Of a DNA stretch of 64,000 nt, positions 19,322 to 30,340 are shown piece after piece. The position numbers were made by a program, and so were the translations under genes. The notes under the pieces are model-generated. The model had not been told where the DNA came from, ran no database searches, and worked only from the letters and a program-made list of their open reading frames with translations. The first letter of the stretch is position 1. Each line of letters opens with the position of its first letter. Source of the stretch: Actinomycetota bacterium (GTDB lineage Bacteria > Actinomycetota > Humimicrobiia > Humimicrobiales > Humimicrobiaceae); assembly GCA_051744345.1 (NCBI GenBank), contig JBNJCW010000001.1:9498-73497 (forward strand), written 5' to 3'.

Positions 19322-20425
19322 TTGAAAAAAAATGCTATTTTGATCTTAGAGGACGGAAAGGTATTCGAAGGTAAAGGTTTTGGGTTCAGCGGAGAGGCTG
19401 TTGGTGAGGTTGTTTTTAACACCTCAATGACCGGGTACCAGGAGATACTTACCGATCCTTCATACTGTGAGCAGATCGTTAATATGACTTATCCTTTGAT
19501 TGGAAATTATGGAATAAACAGCAAGGACATAGAATCAAAAAAAATACAGGCTAAAGGTTTTATAGTAAGGGAGTACAGCGAAACCTACAGCAACTGGCGG
19601 GCTGAAAGGAGCCTCCAGCAATACCTGGAGGAATCGAAAATAGTGGGCATAACCGAAGTTGATACCCGCCAGATTACCAGGCATGTAAGGGAGGAAGGGG
19701 CCATGAAGGGAATAATTTCTACCCAGACCGATGATGTGGCCAGCCTAAGGGCAAAGATTGACCGCCATCCGGATATGATTGGGCGGGACCTGGCAGATTA
19801 CGTAACCTGCAGCAAGCCGTATGTATATAATCCTAGGAAAAAAGATTATAAATACAGGGCAGTGGTATTGGATTACGGGGTGAAATTAAATATAATGAGG
19901 CACCTGTCAAATATTGGTTTTCACCTGACTGTAGTTCCTGCCCGTACCAGCCCGGAAAAGGTACTGGCATATGAGCCGGATGGGATTGTACTTTCAAACG
20001 GACCGGGGGATCCTTCAGCAGTTAGCTATGCTATTGAAAATATAAAGAAACTTATATCCAAAAAGCCTATATTTGGAATATGCCTGGGCCATCAGCTGCT
20101 GGCTCTTGCCCTGGGTGGCAAAACCTATAAGCTTAAATTCGGCCATCATGGGGCCAACCATCCGGTTAAGAATCTGGAAACCGGGAGGGTTGAAATTACT
20201 ACCCAGAATCATGGCTTTTCCCTGGATATTGATTCACTTTCCAATATAAAGGAAACCGAGCACAGGATTACCCACATTAACTTAAATGATCAGACCATGG
20301 AAGGGGTGGATTATCCCGGCTTGAGCGCCTTTGCGGTGCAGTACCACCCGGAAGAAGGCCCGGGGCCCCACGACGGCCGCTATATCTTTGAAAAATTTGT
20401 AAATATTATTGACAATTTCAAATAG
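19322..20425 (+). CDS. carA: Carbamoyl-phosphate synthase small (glutaminase) subunit
   Basis: GICLGHQ catalytic triad region, TTG start. Confidence 0.95.
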   Translation: MKKNAILILEDGKVFEGKGFGFSGEAVGEVVFNTSMTGYQEILTDPSYCEQIVNMTYPLIGNYGINSKDIESKKIQAKGFIVREYSETYSNWRAERSLQQYLEESKIVGITEVDTRQITRHVREEGAMKGIISTQTDDVASLRAKIDRHPDMIGRDLADYVTCSKPYVYNPRKKDYKYRAVVLDYGVKLNIMRHLSNIGFHLTVVPARTSPEKVLAYEPDGIVLSNGPGDPSAVSYAIENIKKLISKKPIFGICLGHQLLALALGGKTYKLKFGHHGANHPVKNLETGRVEITTQNHGFSLDIDSLSNIKETEHRITHINLNDQTMEGVDYPGLSAFAVQYHPEEGPGPHDGRYIFEKFVNIIDNFK

Positions 20426-20433
20426 GAAGGTTT

Positions 20434-23400
20434 ATGCCTAAGAGAAAAGACTTAAAAAAGATTATGATAATAGGTTCCGGCCCCATAATAATTGGGCAGG
20501 CATGCGAGTTTGACTATTCCGGTACCCAGGGGTGCAAGGTTTTAAAGGAAGAGGGTTATAAGGTGGTGCTGGTAAACAGCAATCCGGCAACCATAATGAC
20601 TGATCCGGAATTTGCTGATAAAACCTATATAGAACCCCTTACTGTTGATTTTGTAAGAAAAATCATAAAGAAGGAAAGGCCTGACGGCCTGCTTCCAACC
20701 TTGGGCGGCCAGACAGGCTTAAATATTGCGGTAGCGCTGGATGAGCAGGGGGATCTGGACAGGTATGGAGTGGAGCTTTTGGGAGCAAATACAGAGGTTA
20801 TAAATAAAGCGGAGGATAGAAAGCTATTCAAGCAGGCCATGAGAGGCATAGGGCTGCATGTGCCTCCCAGCGGTTATGCCCACAGCCTGGAAGAGGCGCT
20901 TGCTTTCAGCCGCAAGCTTAAGTTTCCATTGGTGGTCAGGCCCAGCTTTACCCTGGGGGGACTGGGCGGCGGTGTTGCTTTTAATAAGGAAGAGTTTACA
21001 GAAACGGTTATAAGGGGCCTTGACCTGTCTCCCATAGGGAGGGTGCTTATTGAAAAGTCTGTAGCAGGATGGAAAGAGTTTGAGCTGGAAGTAATGAGGG
21101 ATAAGGCAGATAATGTGGTTATCGTATGTTCCATTGAGAACTTTGACCCCATGGGGGTACACACCGGAGACAGCATAACTGTAGCTCCTGCACAGACCCT
21201 TACAGATAAAGAGTACCAGGAGATGCGCAATGCTTCATTGAAGATTATGAGGGAGATAGGTGTGGAGACCGGGGGTTCAAATATCCAGTTTGCCATCAAC
21301 CCTAAAAATGGTAAGCTGGCTGTAATTGAGATGAACCCGAGGGTGTCCAGAAGCAGCGCTCTGGCTTCAAAAGCAACAGGTTTTCCCATTGCCAAAATTG
21401 CTGCAAAACTGGCTATAGGATATACTCTGGATGAGATACCCAATGATATAACCAAAAAGACCCCTGCATGTTTTGAGCCTTCCATAGACTATGTGGTAGT
21501 AAAATTCCCGCGGTGGGCATTTGAAAAATTTCCTGAAACTGACCCCACGCTTACCACCAGAATGAAATCGGTGGGAGAGGCCATGGCTATAGGCAGGACC
21601 TTTAAAGAGGCTCTGCAGAAGGCAATCAGGTCGCTGGAAATTGACCGTTACGGGTTGGGTGCTGACGGATACAACAATATTGTAGGGGAGCTTCTAAATG
21701 ATAAGCTCTCCGTTCCCAACCAGGACCGTATATTCTATATAAAGCATGCTTTTGAGATAGGCAAAAGCATTGAAGAAATTTTCAGTTATACCAAGATAGA
21801 CCCGTGGTTCCTTTATAATATTAAGCAGCTGGTAGAGTTTGAGAAACAATTTATCCAAAAAGGCATAAAAGGATTAACCAGGGAAGGTCTCTGGGAAGCC
21901 AAAAGGATGGGGTATTCGGATATACAGATAGCCAGCCTCCTGGGGAGCTCAGAAGACAAGGTCCGGAGCCTCAGAAAACAGATGGGCATAAATACCACTT
22001 TTAAGACCGTGGATACCTGTGCTGCCGAATTTGAGGCTTATACCCCTTACTACTATTCAACCTATGAGACAGAAGATGAGATAAAGGATTCCAAAAAGGA
22101 TAAAATAGTCATACTGGGCAGCGGCCCTAACAGGATAGGGCAGGGCATAGAATTTGACTACTGTTGCGTGCATGCCTCTTTTGCCCTTCACGAGGACGGT
22201 TACGAGACCATAATGGTAAACTGTAATCCGGAAACGGTAAGTACGGACTACGACACATCTGACCGCCTTTATTTTGAGCCTTTAACCTTTGAGGATGTGA
22301 TGAATGTAATTGAAGCCGAAAAGCCTTACGGGGTAATAGTTCAGTTTGGAGGCCAGACTCCATTGAAGCTGGCCATAAGGCTCCAGGAGGCAGGAGTAAA
22401 TATACTGGGCACTTCCCCTGACAGCATAGACCTTGCTGAGGACAGGAAAAGGTTCGGCGCCATGCTGCAGGATATGGGCATACCCCAGCCGGACAATGGA
22501 ACTGCATTAAATATAGAAGAGGCCAAAGAGATTGGAAAAAAGATAGGGTACCCTGTGCTGGTGAGGCCGTCATATGTTTTGGGGGGAAGGGCAATGAGCA
22601 TAGTCTATAATGAAAGCTCCCTTATAGATTATGTAAGGAATGCGGCGCTGGTTTCGCCTGACAAGCCAATACTGGTGGACAAATTCCTGGAGAGGGCTAT
22701 TGAGGTTGATGTGGATGCTGTGTTTGATGGAGAGGAGATCTTTATAGGGGGGATAATGGAGCATATAGAAGAAGCAGGCATACACTCAGGAGACAGCGCC
22801 TGTGTTATTCCGCCTTTTACCTTGAGCGATGATACTATAGGCCTGCTAAGGGATTATACGTACAGGATAGCTAAGAAACTGGGGGTAAGAGGGCTGATAA
22901 ACATCCAGTATGCTATAAAAAATTCAGAGGTTTATGTATTGGAAGCTAACCCCAGGGCCTCAAGGACAATACCTTTTATCAGTAAATCCATAAATATTCC
23001 CCTGGCCAAGATTGCCTCCAGGGTTATGACCGGGAAAAAATTGAGCGAGCTTGATTTTGAGCGAAAGGATTCCACCAAGCTTGACTATTTCAGCATAAAA
23101 GAAGCGGTAATGCCGTTTAACCGTTTTCCGGGCATAGACACTGTGCTTGGCCCTGAAATGAAATCAACGGGTGAGGTAATGGGAATAGATACCAATTTCG
23201 GGGTAGCCTTTGCCAAATCCCAGATTGCCACCAACCAGAAATTCCCTACCTGTGGAACGGTGTTTATAAGCGTAAGCGACAGGGACAAGGAACATATTGT
23301 GGATATAGCTAAAAGCTTTATGGACATGAATTTTAAAATAATTACCACCAAGGGCACCGGCGATTATCTGGAAAGCAAGCAGATTAAGTGTGATTCGGTT

Positions 23401-23646
23401 CTAAAAATAAGGGAAGGGCGGCCAAACGTAATGGACCTTATAAAAAATGGGGAAGTGGACCTTATAATAAATACGCCGGAGGGAAGCAGCGCCAGAAGCG
23501 ACGGTTATTTTCTAAGGACTGCAGCAGTTCTGCATAATGTGCCTTCCATTACCACCATTTCCGGAGCCGCAGCTGCCATTCAGGGAATAAGGGAACTAAG
23601 GACCAATACCAATATAAGGGTTAAAGCCATACAGGACTATAAATGA
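20434..23646 (+). CDS. carB: Carbamoyl-phosphate synthase large subunit
   Basis: 1070 aa with duplicated ATP-grasp halves and an MGS-like C-terminus. Confidence 0.95.
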   Translation: MPKRKDLKKIMIIGSGPIIIGQACEFDYSGTQGCKVLKEEGYKVVLVNSNPATIMTDPEFADKTYIEPLTVDFVRKIIKKERPDGLLPTLGGQTGLNIAVALDEQGDLDRYGVELLGANTEVINKAEDRKLFKQAMRGIGLHVPPSGYAHSLEEALAFSRKLKFPLVVRPSFTLGGLGGGVAFNKEEFTETVIRGLDLSPIGRVLIEKSVAGWKEFELEVMRDKADNVVIVCSIENFDPMGVHTGDSITVAPAQTLTDKEYQEMRNASLKIMREIGVETGGSNIQFAINPKNGKLAVIEMNPRVSRSSALASKATGFPIAKIAAKLAIGYTLDEIPNDITKKTPACFEPSIDYVVVKFPRWAFEKFPETDPTLTTRMKSVGEAMAIGRTFKEALQKAIRSLEIDRYGLGADGYNNIVGELLNDKLSVPNQDRIFYIKHAFEIGKSIEEIFSYTKIDPWFLYNIKQLVEFEKQFIQKGIKGLTREGLWEAKRMGYSDIQIASLLGSSEDKVRSLRKQMGINTTFKTVDTCAAEFEAYTPYYYSTYETEDEIKDSKKDKIVILGSGPNRIGQGIEFDYCCVHASFALHEDGYETIMVNCNPETVSTDYDTSDRLYFEPLTFEDVMNVIEAEKPYGVIVQFGGQTPLKLAIRLQEAGVNILGTSPDSIDLAEDRKRFGAMLQDMGIPQPDNGTALNIEEAKEIGKKIGYPVLVRPSYVLGGRAMSIVYNESSLIDYVRNAALVSPDKPILVDKFLERAIEVDVDAVFDGEEIFIGGIMEHIEEAGIHSGDSACVIPPFTLSDDTIGLLRDYTYRIAKKLGVRGLINIQYAIKNSEVYVLEANPRASRTIPFISKSINIPLAKIASRVMTGKKLSELDFERKDSTKLDYFSIKEAVMPFNRFPGIDTVLGPEMKSTGEVMGIDTNFGVAFAKSQIATNQKFPTCGTVFISVSDRDKEHIVDIAKSFMDMNFKIITTKGTGDYLESKQIKCDSVLKIREGRPNVMDLIKNGEVDLIINTPEGSSARSDGYFLRTAAVLHNVPSITTISGAAAAIQGIRELRTNTNIRVKAIQDYK

Positions 23647-24428
23647 AATCTTCAACCGGAGAAATCATAAGCAATTCCAGGGTAGGGGAAGACCTTTACA
23701 AGCTTGAATTTTTTTCCCCTTCCGTATGCAGGAGTGCTGAACCCGGCCAGTTTCTAAATATAAGGTGCTCAGGCCCTGACCAGCTGGATCCTTTGCTGAG
23801 GAGGCCGTTTAGCATTTATGATACAGATGAAAATTTCAATGTGGCAACCATCCTTTACCTGGTAAGGGGAAAAGGCACCAGGTTCCTGTCCCGGCTGGCC
23901 AGGGGAGATATTCTTGATTTCTGCGGCCCGCTTGGCAACCCCGTGCAGCCAGCAGGAGATAAGGTGCTTCTGGTTGCGGGAGGCATAGGCATTGCACCCC
24001 TTCTTTTTTTGGCCAAAGTCTGTATACAGCAAAAAAAAGAGGTATACATGCTGGCGGGGTTTAAGGACCAAAGGTATATGCTGGTGGAAAAGGATATGAT
24101 GAGGCTAAACTTAAATTATATGATATATTGTGAACAGGACAGGTGGGCTAACAGGGGCCTGGTAACTGATGGCATCAGCAATATGTCAAAGTATAGCGGT
24201 TATGAAATATACTGCTGCGGGCCGCTAGAGATGTTAAAGAGTCTTCAGGCAAAACTTGCCGGGGCAAGCAATAAAATTGTGGCCCTTCTTGAGGAAAGGA
24301 TGGCTTGCGGTGTAGGAGTGTGCGACGGTTGCGCGGTAAAGGTAAGGGAGGGCCGGGATGGTTTTGGCTACCTTAAGGTATGCAGTGACGGGCCTGCATT
24401 TAATCTGATGGAGGTTGTCTTTGAGTGA
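23643..24428 (+). CDS. pyrK: Dihydroorotate dehydrogenase electron-transfer subunit
   Basis: FAD/NAD-binding fold and a C-terminal CGVGVCDGC 2Fe-2S cluster motif. Confidence 0.9.
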   Translation: MKSSTGEIISNSRVGEDLYKLEFFSPSVCRSAEPGQFLNIRCSGPDQLDPLLRRPFSIYDTDENFNVATILYLVRGKGTRFLSRLARGDILDFCGPLGNPVQPAGDKVLLVAGGIGIAPLLFLAKVCIQQKKEVYMLAGFKDQRYMLVEKDMMRLNLNYMIYCEQDRWANRGLVTDGISNMSKYSGYEIYCCGPLEMLKSLQAKLAGASNKIVALLEERMACGVGVCDGCAVKVREGRDGFGYLKVCSDGPAFNLMEVVFE

Positions 24429-25350
24429 TGCATCTTACCCCCGTCTGGAGGTAAAGCTGGGGGATATAGAGCTCAAAAATCCGGTTATTGCCTGTTCGGG
24501 AACTTTTGGCAGCGGGATAGAGTACTCTGATTTTTATAATACAGCTTTGCTGGGGGCGGTAACCACCAAAAGCTTTTCACTCCATAAGCGGCAGGGGAAT
24601 CCCCCTCCAAGGATTTTTGAAACTGCTTGCGGGATGCTTAATTCTGTCGGGCTGCAGAACGGGGGTATAGATGATTTTTTACACAATCACCTGCCGGCTA
24701 TAAGGAAGTTAAACATAAAACCCATACTTTCCATATTTGGAGAAAATATAGAGGAGTTTGAAAAAATTTCTCTGGCAGTAGCGGATATAACCGCAGAACT
24801 TCTGGCAATAGAGCTTAACCTTTCCTGCCCCAATGTGGAAAAAGGGGGAATGGCTTTTTGCAGTCTGCCGCAGGAGGTAGAGGCGGTTACGTCAAAAGTT
24901 AAGCAGACAGTAAAAATTCCTGTCATTGTTAAGCTAAGCCCGAATACAGGGCAGATGGAGCCGGCTGCTGCTGCAGCCAGGGACGGCGGAGCCAGCGCAT
25001 TATCTGTAATTAATACCCTGGTGGGGACAGCTTTTGATATACATACCTTCAAACCCAGGCTTGGGAATATAATGGGAGGCCTTTCCGGTCCGGCCATAAA
25101 ACCTGTAGCCCTGGCCAGGGTTTATGAGCTGTGCAGCAAAAAGATCCTCCCGGTTATAGGGATGGGGGGAATCTTTAGCTGGGAAGATGCGGTGGAATTT
25201 TTAATAGCAGGTGCTGAAGCGGTAGGGATAGGGACGGCTAATTTTGTTGATTACCATGCAGCAGAAAAAATAATTGAGGGCATAGCCGGATACTTAAGGC
25301 AGAAAAATATTGATGATGTTAATAAAATAATAGGAAAGGCATTAAATTGA
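24415..25350 (+). CDS. pyrD: Dihydroorotate dehydrogenase 1B catalytic subunit
   Basis: IACSGTFG motif. TTG start at 24415 or 24421 (GGAGG RBS at 24408-24413). Confidence 0.9.
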   Translation: MSLSDASYPRLEVKLGDIELKNPVIACSGTFGSGIEYSDFYNTALLGAVTTKSFSLHKRQGNPPPRIFETACGMLNSVGLQNGGIDDFLHNHLPAIRKLNIKPILSIFGENIEEFEKISLAVADITAELLAIELNLSCPNVEKGGMAFCSLPQEVEAVTSKVKQTVKIPVIVKLSPNTGQMEPAAAAARDGGASALSVINTLVGTAFDIHTFKPRLGNIMGGLSGPAIKPVALARVYELCSKKILPVIGMGGIFSWEDAVEFLIAGAEAVGIGTANFVDYHAAEKIIEGIAGYLRQKNIDDVNKIIGKALN

Positions 25351-26078
25351 GCAGCAAGAATATAAAATTAGCTGACCGCCTTATAATATCCATCGATGTT
25401 TCCCAGAAACAGCAGGTAACAGAGATGTGCAGGAAGATTTCAGGCAAGGTAAGTACTTTAAAAATCGGCCTGGAGCTTATATACAGCCAGGGGCTTTCCA
25501 TAGTGGATACGATAAAAAGCTTCGGGTATAAGGTAATGCTTGATTCAAAACTTCATGATATACCCAATACAGTATCCGGCGCCTGCAGGGCAATAACCTC
25601 TCTGGGGGTCTCGGCGGTAACTGTCCATACCTTGGGAGGTCCCGGGATGATCGGGGATGCCAGAAAGGCAATTGCCGACAGGTCTGAAAAGATGGGGGTT
25701 TTTGCCCCGCTTCTTATGGGGGTTACTGTACTCACCAGCCTGGATGACAGGGATATGGGCATGATGGGGTTTGGAGACGGCTATATGGATACGGTTGCCT
25801 GTCTTGCCTCAATGGGTATTTCAGCCGGTTTGGACGGGATAGTATGTTCACCCAGGGAGGTAAAGGTATTAAGGCAGAAGCTGGGTTCTGATTTTTATAT
25901 TGCAACTCCGGGTATCAGGCTAAAAGAGGATAGCAGTGATGACCAGAAAAGGGCAGCCACCCCCCAGCAGGCTTTAGCAGATGGGGCGGATTTTCTGGTG
26001 GTAGGCCGCTCCATAACCGCCAAGAAAGATATCCCGGGTACAATAGACAAATACTTGCATATATTGGGAGGATTTTAA
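25347..26078 (+). CDS. pyrF: Orotidine-5'-phosphate decarboxylase
   Basis: ISIDV..LKIGLEL and DxKxxDIPNT motifs, TTG start. Confidence 0.9.
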   Translation: MSSKNIKLADRLIISIDVSQKQQVTEMCRKISGKVSTLKIGLELIYSQGLSIVDTIKSFGYKVMLDSKLHDIPNTVSGACRAITSLGVSAVTVHTLGGPGMIGDARKAIADRSEKMGVFAPLLMGVTVLTSLDDRDMGMMGFGDGYMDTVACLASMGISAGLDGIVCSPREVKVLRQKLGSDFYIATPGIRLKEDSSDDQKRAATPQQALADGADFLVVGRSITAKKDIPGTIDKYLHILGGF

Positions 26079-26079
26079 T

Positions 26080-26679
26080 ATGCTGAAAGTAATAAAACAG
26101 AGCAAAAACATAAACGTATTAGAAATGCTGGAGAGTTCAGGGGCAATACTGGAGGGCCATTTCAAGCTTACTTCCGGGTACCACAGCGCCTATTACCTCC
26201 AGTGCGCCAAACTTCTTATGCATCCGGACCTTACCCGCAAGCTTGCTGATGAAAGCAGGCGCATGCTGGCAGAGTCGATAAACCTGGATGATATAGACCT
26301 GGTGGTCTCACCTGCCATGGGAGGTATACTGTTTGGTTATATGCTTGCTTACAGATTAGGCAAGGATATGATTTATACAGAGAGGAAAAAAGAGAAAATG
26401 GAGCTCAGGAGGGGATTTAAGTTAAGCGAAGGGCAGAAAGTTGTTATTGCTGAAGACGTAATTACCACCGGCGGCTCGGTAAAAGAGGTGATTGAAATAT
26501 GCAGGCAGAACAAGGCAGAGGTTCTGGCTGTTGTATCCATAGTAGACAGGTCAGAGGGGATTGATTTCAAACTTTTCTATAATTTCCTCATCAAGCTTGA
26601 AATTGATAAATTTTTATCTCAGGAATGCACAATGTGCAGGCAGGGCAAGGCAATAGATACCCCGGGAAGCAGTAAATAG
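26080..26679 (+). CDS. pyrE: Orotate phosphoribosyltransferase
   Basis: PRTase motif VVIAEDVITTGGS. Last gene of the pyr operon. Confidence 0.9.
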   Translation: MLKVIKQSKNINVLEMLESSGAILEGHFKLTSGYHSAYYLQCAKLLMHPDLTRKLADESRRMLAESINLDDIDLVVSPAMGGILFGYMLAYRLGKDMIYTERKKEKMELRRGFKLSEGQKVVIAEDVITTGGSVKEVIEICRQNKAEVLAVVSIVDRSEGIDFKLFYNFLIKLEIDKFLSQECTMCRQGKAIDTPGSSK

Positions 26680-26748
26680 GCTCCGCCCAGATTGTAATTA
26701 CCCTATTTTATTGTATACTTTTATAAGCTATGGCAGGGAAAGCAGACA

Positions 26749-27069
26749 ATGTCTTTTAAGAACTTAAGCAAAGAGTCAAGGGAAAAAGCTCTTGTAAAAG
26801 CCAGGCAGATAAGGAAGAGCCGGGCAGAGCTAAAAAAATCCCTGAAGAAGGGAAGAACTGATCTAAAATCTATATTTTTTGATGAAAGAATTTTTAAGCA
26901 AATCGCTAATATGAAGCTGGTGGAACTGGTAAGCTCCCTTCCGGGAATGGGAAGGGAGAGGGCAGAGCGCATCCTGGTTCAGGAGCTTGGCATAAGCCTG
27001 TCCAAAAGGGCGGGCGGATTGGGGAAAAAACAGAGGCAGCGGTTTTTAAATTATTTTAAAATAAGCTAG
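26749..27069 (+). CDS. Integration host factor-like DNA-binding protein (actinobacterial mIHF type)
   Basis: RAELKKSLKKGRTDL...LPGMGRERAERIL...GLGKKQRQRFL resembles mIHF as recalled from mycobacteria. It sits immediately upstream of gmk-rpoZ, as mIHF does. Candidate promoter TTGTAA-16-TATACT at 26692-26719. Confidence 0.6.
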   Translation: MSFKNLSKESREKALVKARQIRKSRAELKKSLKKGRTDLKSIFFDERIFKQIANMKLVELVSSLPGMGRERAERILVQELGISLSKRAGGLGKKQRQRFLNYFKIS

Positions 27070-27071
27070 TT

Positions 27072-27647
27072 ATGTCAAAAAAAGGAAGATTGTTTATAAT
27101 ATCCGGACCTTCAGGAGCAGGCAAGAGCACCCTTATAGGTGAGAGCCTGAAAGATTTAAAGGATTTTGAAAAATCTATTTCCTGTACCACCCGCCCCGTC
27201 AGGAGGAATGAGGAAAAAGGGAAACATTACCGGTTTGTGACCGAAGAAAAGTTTAAGGAGATGATAGAAGAGGGAAAGTTGCTGGAATGGGCCAGTTACT
27301 GTGATTACCTCTACGGAACTCCTGCTGATTTTGTTAACCGGAAACTGCAGGAAGGGATAAACGTCATACTGGAAATAGATGTGCAGGGCGCAATGCAGGT
27401 AAAGGAAAAGGCAGGGGATGCCTATATGATATTTATAGCCCCCACCTCTTTATCCGAGGCAAGGCAAAGGCTTATGGGGAGAGGAACAGATATTGCACCG
27501 GAAATTGAAAAAAGGCTCGCTGTCGCCGAACAGGAAATGAAATACAAAAAGTACTATGATTGCATAATTGTAAATAACAATTATAATGAAGCTTTGTTAA
27601 ATTTAAAGGAAGTGCTAAACAGAGAAAAGGGGAGGAAAAGACCTTGA
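27072..27647 (+). CDS. gmk: Guanylate kinase
   Basis: GPSGAGKST P-loop, 191 aa. Confidence 0.9.
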   Translation: MSKKGRLFIISGPSGAGKSTLIGESLKDLKDFEKSISCTTRPVRRNEEKGKHYRFVTEEKFKEMIEEGKLLEWASYCDYLYGTPADFVNRKLQEGINVILEIDVQGAMQVKEKAGDAYMIFIAPTSLSEARQRLMGRGTDIAPEIEKRLAVAEQEMKYKKYYDCIIVNNNYNEALLNLKEVLNREKGRKRP

Positions 27648-27880
27648 CTAAGATACCATATGTGGATACCTATATAGAGAGAATAGATAATAAATACACT
27701 TTATGCATAGCAGTAGCCAAAAGGGCCAGAGAGCTGGGAAACTACTTTGCTGCCAAGAGGAATATGGAAAGGGTGAATGTAGTACCCCCGCTTGTAGATA
27801 TTGAAAGTAAAGACCCTTTGGAGATAGCATTAAATGAATTTAGAGCAAAAAGTGTAAGTTATATCAGGGCTGGCAGATAA
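27644..27880 (+). CDS. rpoZ: DNA-directed RNA polymerase subunit omega
   Basis: 78 aa with an LCIAVAKRAREL core. Conserved gmk-rpoZ pair. Confidence 0.8.
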   Translation: MTKIPYVDTYIERIDNKYTLCIAVAKRARELGNYFAAKRNMERVNVVPPLVDIESKDPLEIALNEFRAKSVSYIRAGR

Positions 27881-27883
27881 TAG

Positions 27884-29104
27884 ATGTCTTCTGTATTTAA
27901 TGGAAAAAATATTATTCTTGCTGTAACCGGTTCAATTGCCGCATACAAGGCTGCACAGCTGTGCAGCCTGCTAAAAAAAAAGGGATCGGAAATCTATCCT
28001 GTAATGACGCCGGATGCGGCCAATTTCATCGGTCCGCTGACTCTAAGCTCCATTGCCGGCAATAAAACCATAATAAGCCAGTATGAGCAGGGTGAAAAAA
28101 TTTATCATATCTCACTGGCCCATAGCGCAGATGCCATGGTTATTGCGCCTGCCAGCGCTAATACTATATCCAAGCTTGCCTGTGGAATTTGCGATAATTT
28201 CCTAACCACCACAGCAATCTCTGCCCGGTGCCCGGTGCTAATGGCACCGGCTATGAACCAGAGCATGTATTTGGAGAAATCTGTGCAAAAAAACATAGAA
28301 GACCTAAAATCATCAGGAAAATATTTTTTTATTGGTCCCTTACAAGGGAGGCTTGCCTGCGGAGAGAAGGGCACGGGAAAGATGGCTGATCCGGCAATTA
28401 TTGCAGAAGAGATTGGCTTTCTCCTACATTACAGTAACCAGCTGAAAGGCAAAAAGGTACTGGTTACTGCCGGAGGAACCAGAGAATACATAGATCCTGT
28501 TCGCTTTATATCCAATCTCTCCAGCGGAAAGATGGGAGCTGCTTTAGCTGAAGAAGCAGAACTTAGGGGAGCAGAAAAGGTTGTACTGGTTACTGCCGGC
28601 CAGGATACCGTCTCCGGTAAGGTGAAAGGGGTTTATGTCCAGACATCGGCACAGATGAAAGAAAAGATACTTGAGGTTTTTGACGACATGGACATTATAA
28701 TAATGGCTGCGGCAGTAAGCGATATAGTGCCGGAGAAAACTTATGACTATAAGTTGAAAAAAAAAGATGATATATTATCAAAAATAAGCTTTAGGATAAA
28801 TGAAAATATCCTAAAGCTTCTGGCTGAAAAGAAGGAAAAAGGGCAGCTTTTGATTGGTTTTGCAGCTGAATACGGGCCGGATATGAAAAATGTATCGGAA
28901 AGGATAAGCGGCAAAAATATAGATGCCGTTATAGCTAATGATATATCCCGGCCGGATATAGGCATGGGCAGCGACTATAACCAGGTTACAATAGTAACCA
29001 GGCAAGGAAAAGAAATAGAGCTTAAAAAAGCAAAAAAAAGGCTGATAGCCAGGCAGATATGGGATCAGCTGATTGAAATTTTTATGGATAAGCAAAAGAG
29101 TTAA
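27884..29104 (+). CDS. coaBC: Bifunctional phosphopantothenoylcysteine decarboxylase / phosphopantothenate-cysteine ligase
   Basis: N-terminal flavoprotein (ILAVTGSIAAYKA) plus a C-terminal DFP domain, 406 aa. Confidence 0.9.
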   Translation: MSSVFNGKNIILAVTGSIAAYKAAQLCSLLKKKGSEIYPVMTPDAANFIGPLTLSSIAGNKTIISQYEQGEKIYHISLAHSADAMVIAPASANTISKLACGICDNFLTTTAISARCPVLMAPAMNQSMYLEKSVQKNIEDLKSSGKYFFIGPLQGRLACGEKGTGKMADPAIIAEEIGFLLHYSNQLKGKKVLVTAGGTREYIDPVRFISNLSSGKMGAALAEEAELRGAEKVVLVTAGQDTVSGKVKGVYVQTSAQMKEKILEVFDDMDIIIMAAAVSDIVPEKTYDYKLKKKDDILSKISFRINENILKLLAEKKEKGQLLIGFAAEYGPDMKNVSERISGKNIDAVIANDISRPDIGMGSDYNQVTIVTRQGKEIELKKAKKRLIARQIWDQLIEIFMDKQKS

Positions 29105-29116
29105 CAGGGGGCAAAC

Positions 29117-30322
29117 ATGTCAAAAAAGGGTTCTTACTTGTTTACATCAGAGTCAGTAACTGAAGGCCATCCGGATAAAATGGCAGACCAGATATCAGAT
29201 GCCATACTGGATTCAATAATAGCAGAAGACCCAAAATGCAGGACAGCTATAGAAACACTTTTAAAAACCGGCCTGGTGATGGTAGCAGGGGAAGTAACCA
29301 CTGAAACTTATGTGGAAATACCGGATATAGTGAGGGAAACCGTCAAGGAAATCGGTTATACAAGGGCAAAATACGGCTTTGATTATGAAACCTGCGGAGT
29401 GGTGGTTTCCATAGGCAGGCAGTCTAAAAATATAGCGCAGGGCGTGGATAAAGCATACGAAGCAAGGATGGGCAATGGCTATGAGGACGAAATTGATTAT
29501 CAAGGTGCGGGAGACCAGGGAATGATGTTCGGTTATGCATGCAATGAGACCGAAGAATACATGCCTTTGCCCATACTGCTGGCCCACAAGCTTGCCCACA
29601 GGCTTTCAGAGGTAAGGAAAGCTGGAATACTACCCTACCTCAGGCCGGACGGCAAATCCCAGGTAAGTGTACGGTATGAAAACGGAAAGCCGGTTTATGT
29701 GGAGACCATCGTGCTATCCACCCAGCATGCCCCCAATATTGATATTGAAACCCAGATAAAACCGGACCTGAAGGAGTTTGTGGTAAAGCCTATTATAGCG
29801 GACAGCCTTCTGTCCAAACAGGTAAAATTATATGTTAACCCTACCGGAGAATTCACTATAGGAGGGCCCATGGGCGATACAGGGCTTACGGGAAGGAAAA
29901 TAATAGTGGATACATATGGAGGGGCAGCCAGGCACGGAGGAGGTGCTTTTTCCGGAAAAGACCCTTCCAAGGTAGACCGTTCTGCAACTTATGCAGCAAG
30001 GCATGTGGCCAAAAACCTGGTTGCAGCAGGGGCAGCAGAAAAACTGGAGATCGAAATTGCCTATGCTATCGGTGTATCCCATCCGGTTTCCATAATGGTG
30101 GAAACATTTGGTACTGAAAAGGTGGATACCAACAAGATAGAGAAGGCGGTAAATGAAATTTTTGATTTAAGGCCCGGAGCTATTGTAAGGGATCTGGATC
30201 TGCTCAGGCCTATTTACAAAAAAACGGCAAAATACGGGCATTTTGGGCAGCATGACCGGGACTTTACATGGGAAAAGCTGGATAAGGTAGATGCAGTAAA
30301 AGAAATGCTGGGATTAAAATAA
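29117..30322 (+). CDS. metK: S-adenosylmethionine synthetase
   Basis: [16 protein letters not shown] and GHPDK motifs, 401 aa. Confidence 0.95.
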   Translation: MSKKGSYLFTSESVTEGHPDKMADQISDAILDSIIAEDPKCRTAIETLLKTGLVMVAGEVTTETYVEIPDIVRETVKEIGYTRAKYGFDYETCGVVVSIGRQSKNIAQGVDKAYEARMGNGYEDEIDYQGAGDQGMMFGYACNETEEYMPLPILLAHKLAHRLSEVRKAGILPYLRPDGKSQVSVRYENGKPVYVETIVLSTQHAPNIDIETQIKPDLKEFVVKPIIADSLLSKQVKLYVNPTGEFTIGGPMGDTGLTGRKIIVDTYGGAARHGGGAFSGKDPSKVDRSATYAARHVAKNLVAAGAAEKLEIEIAYAIGVSHPVSIMVETFGTEKVDTNKIEKAVNEIFDLRPGAIVRDLDLLRPIYKKTAKYGHFGQHDRDFTWEKLDKVDAVKEMLGLK

Positions 30323-30340
30323 GGTATACCCACCCCATGT

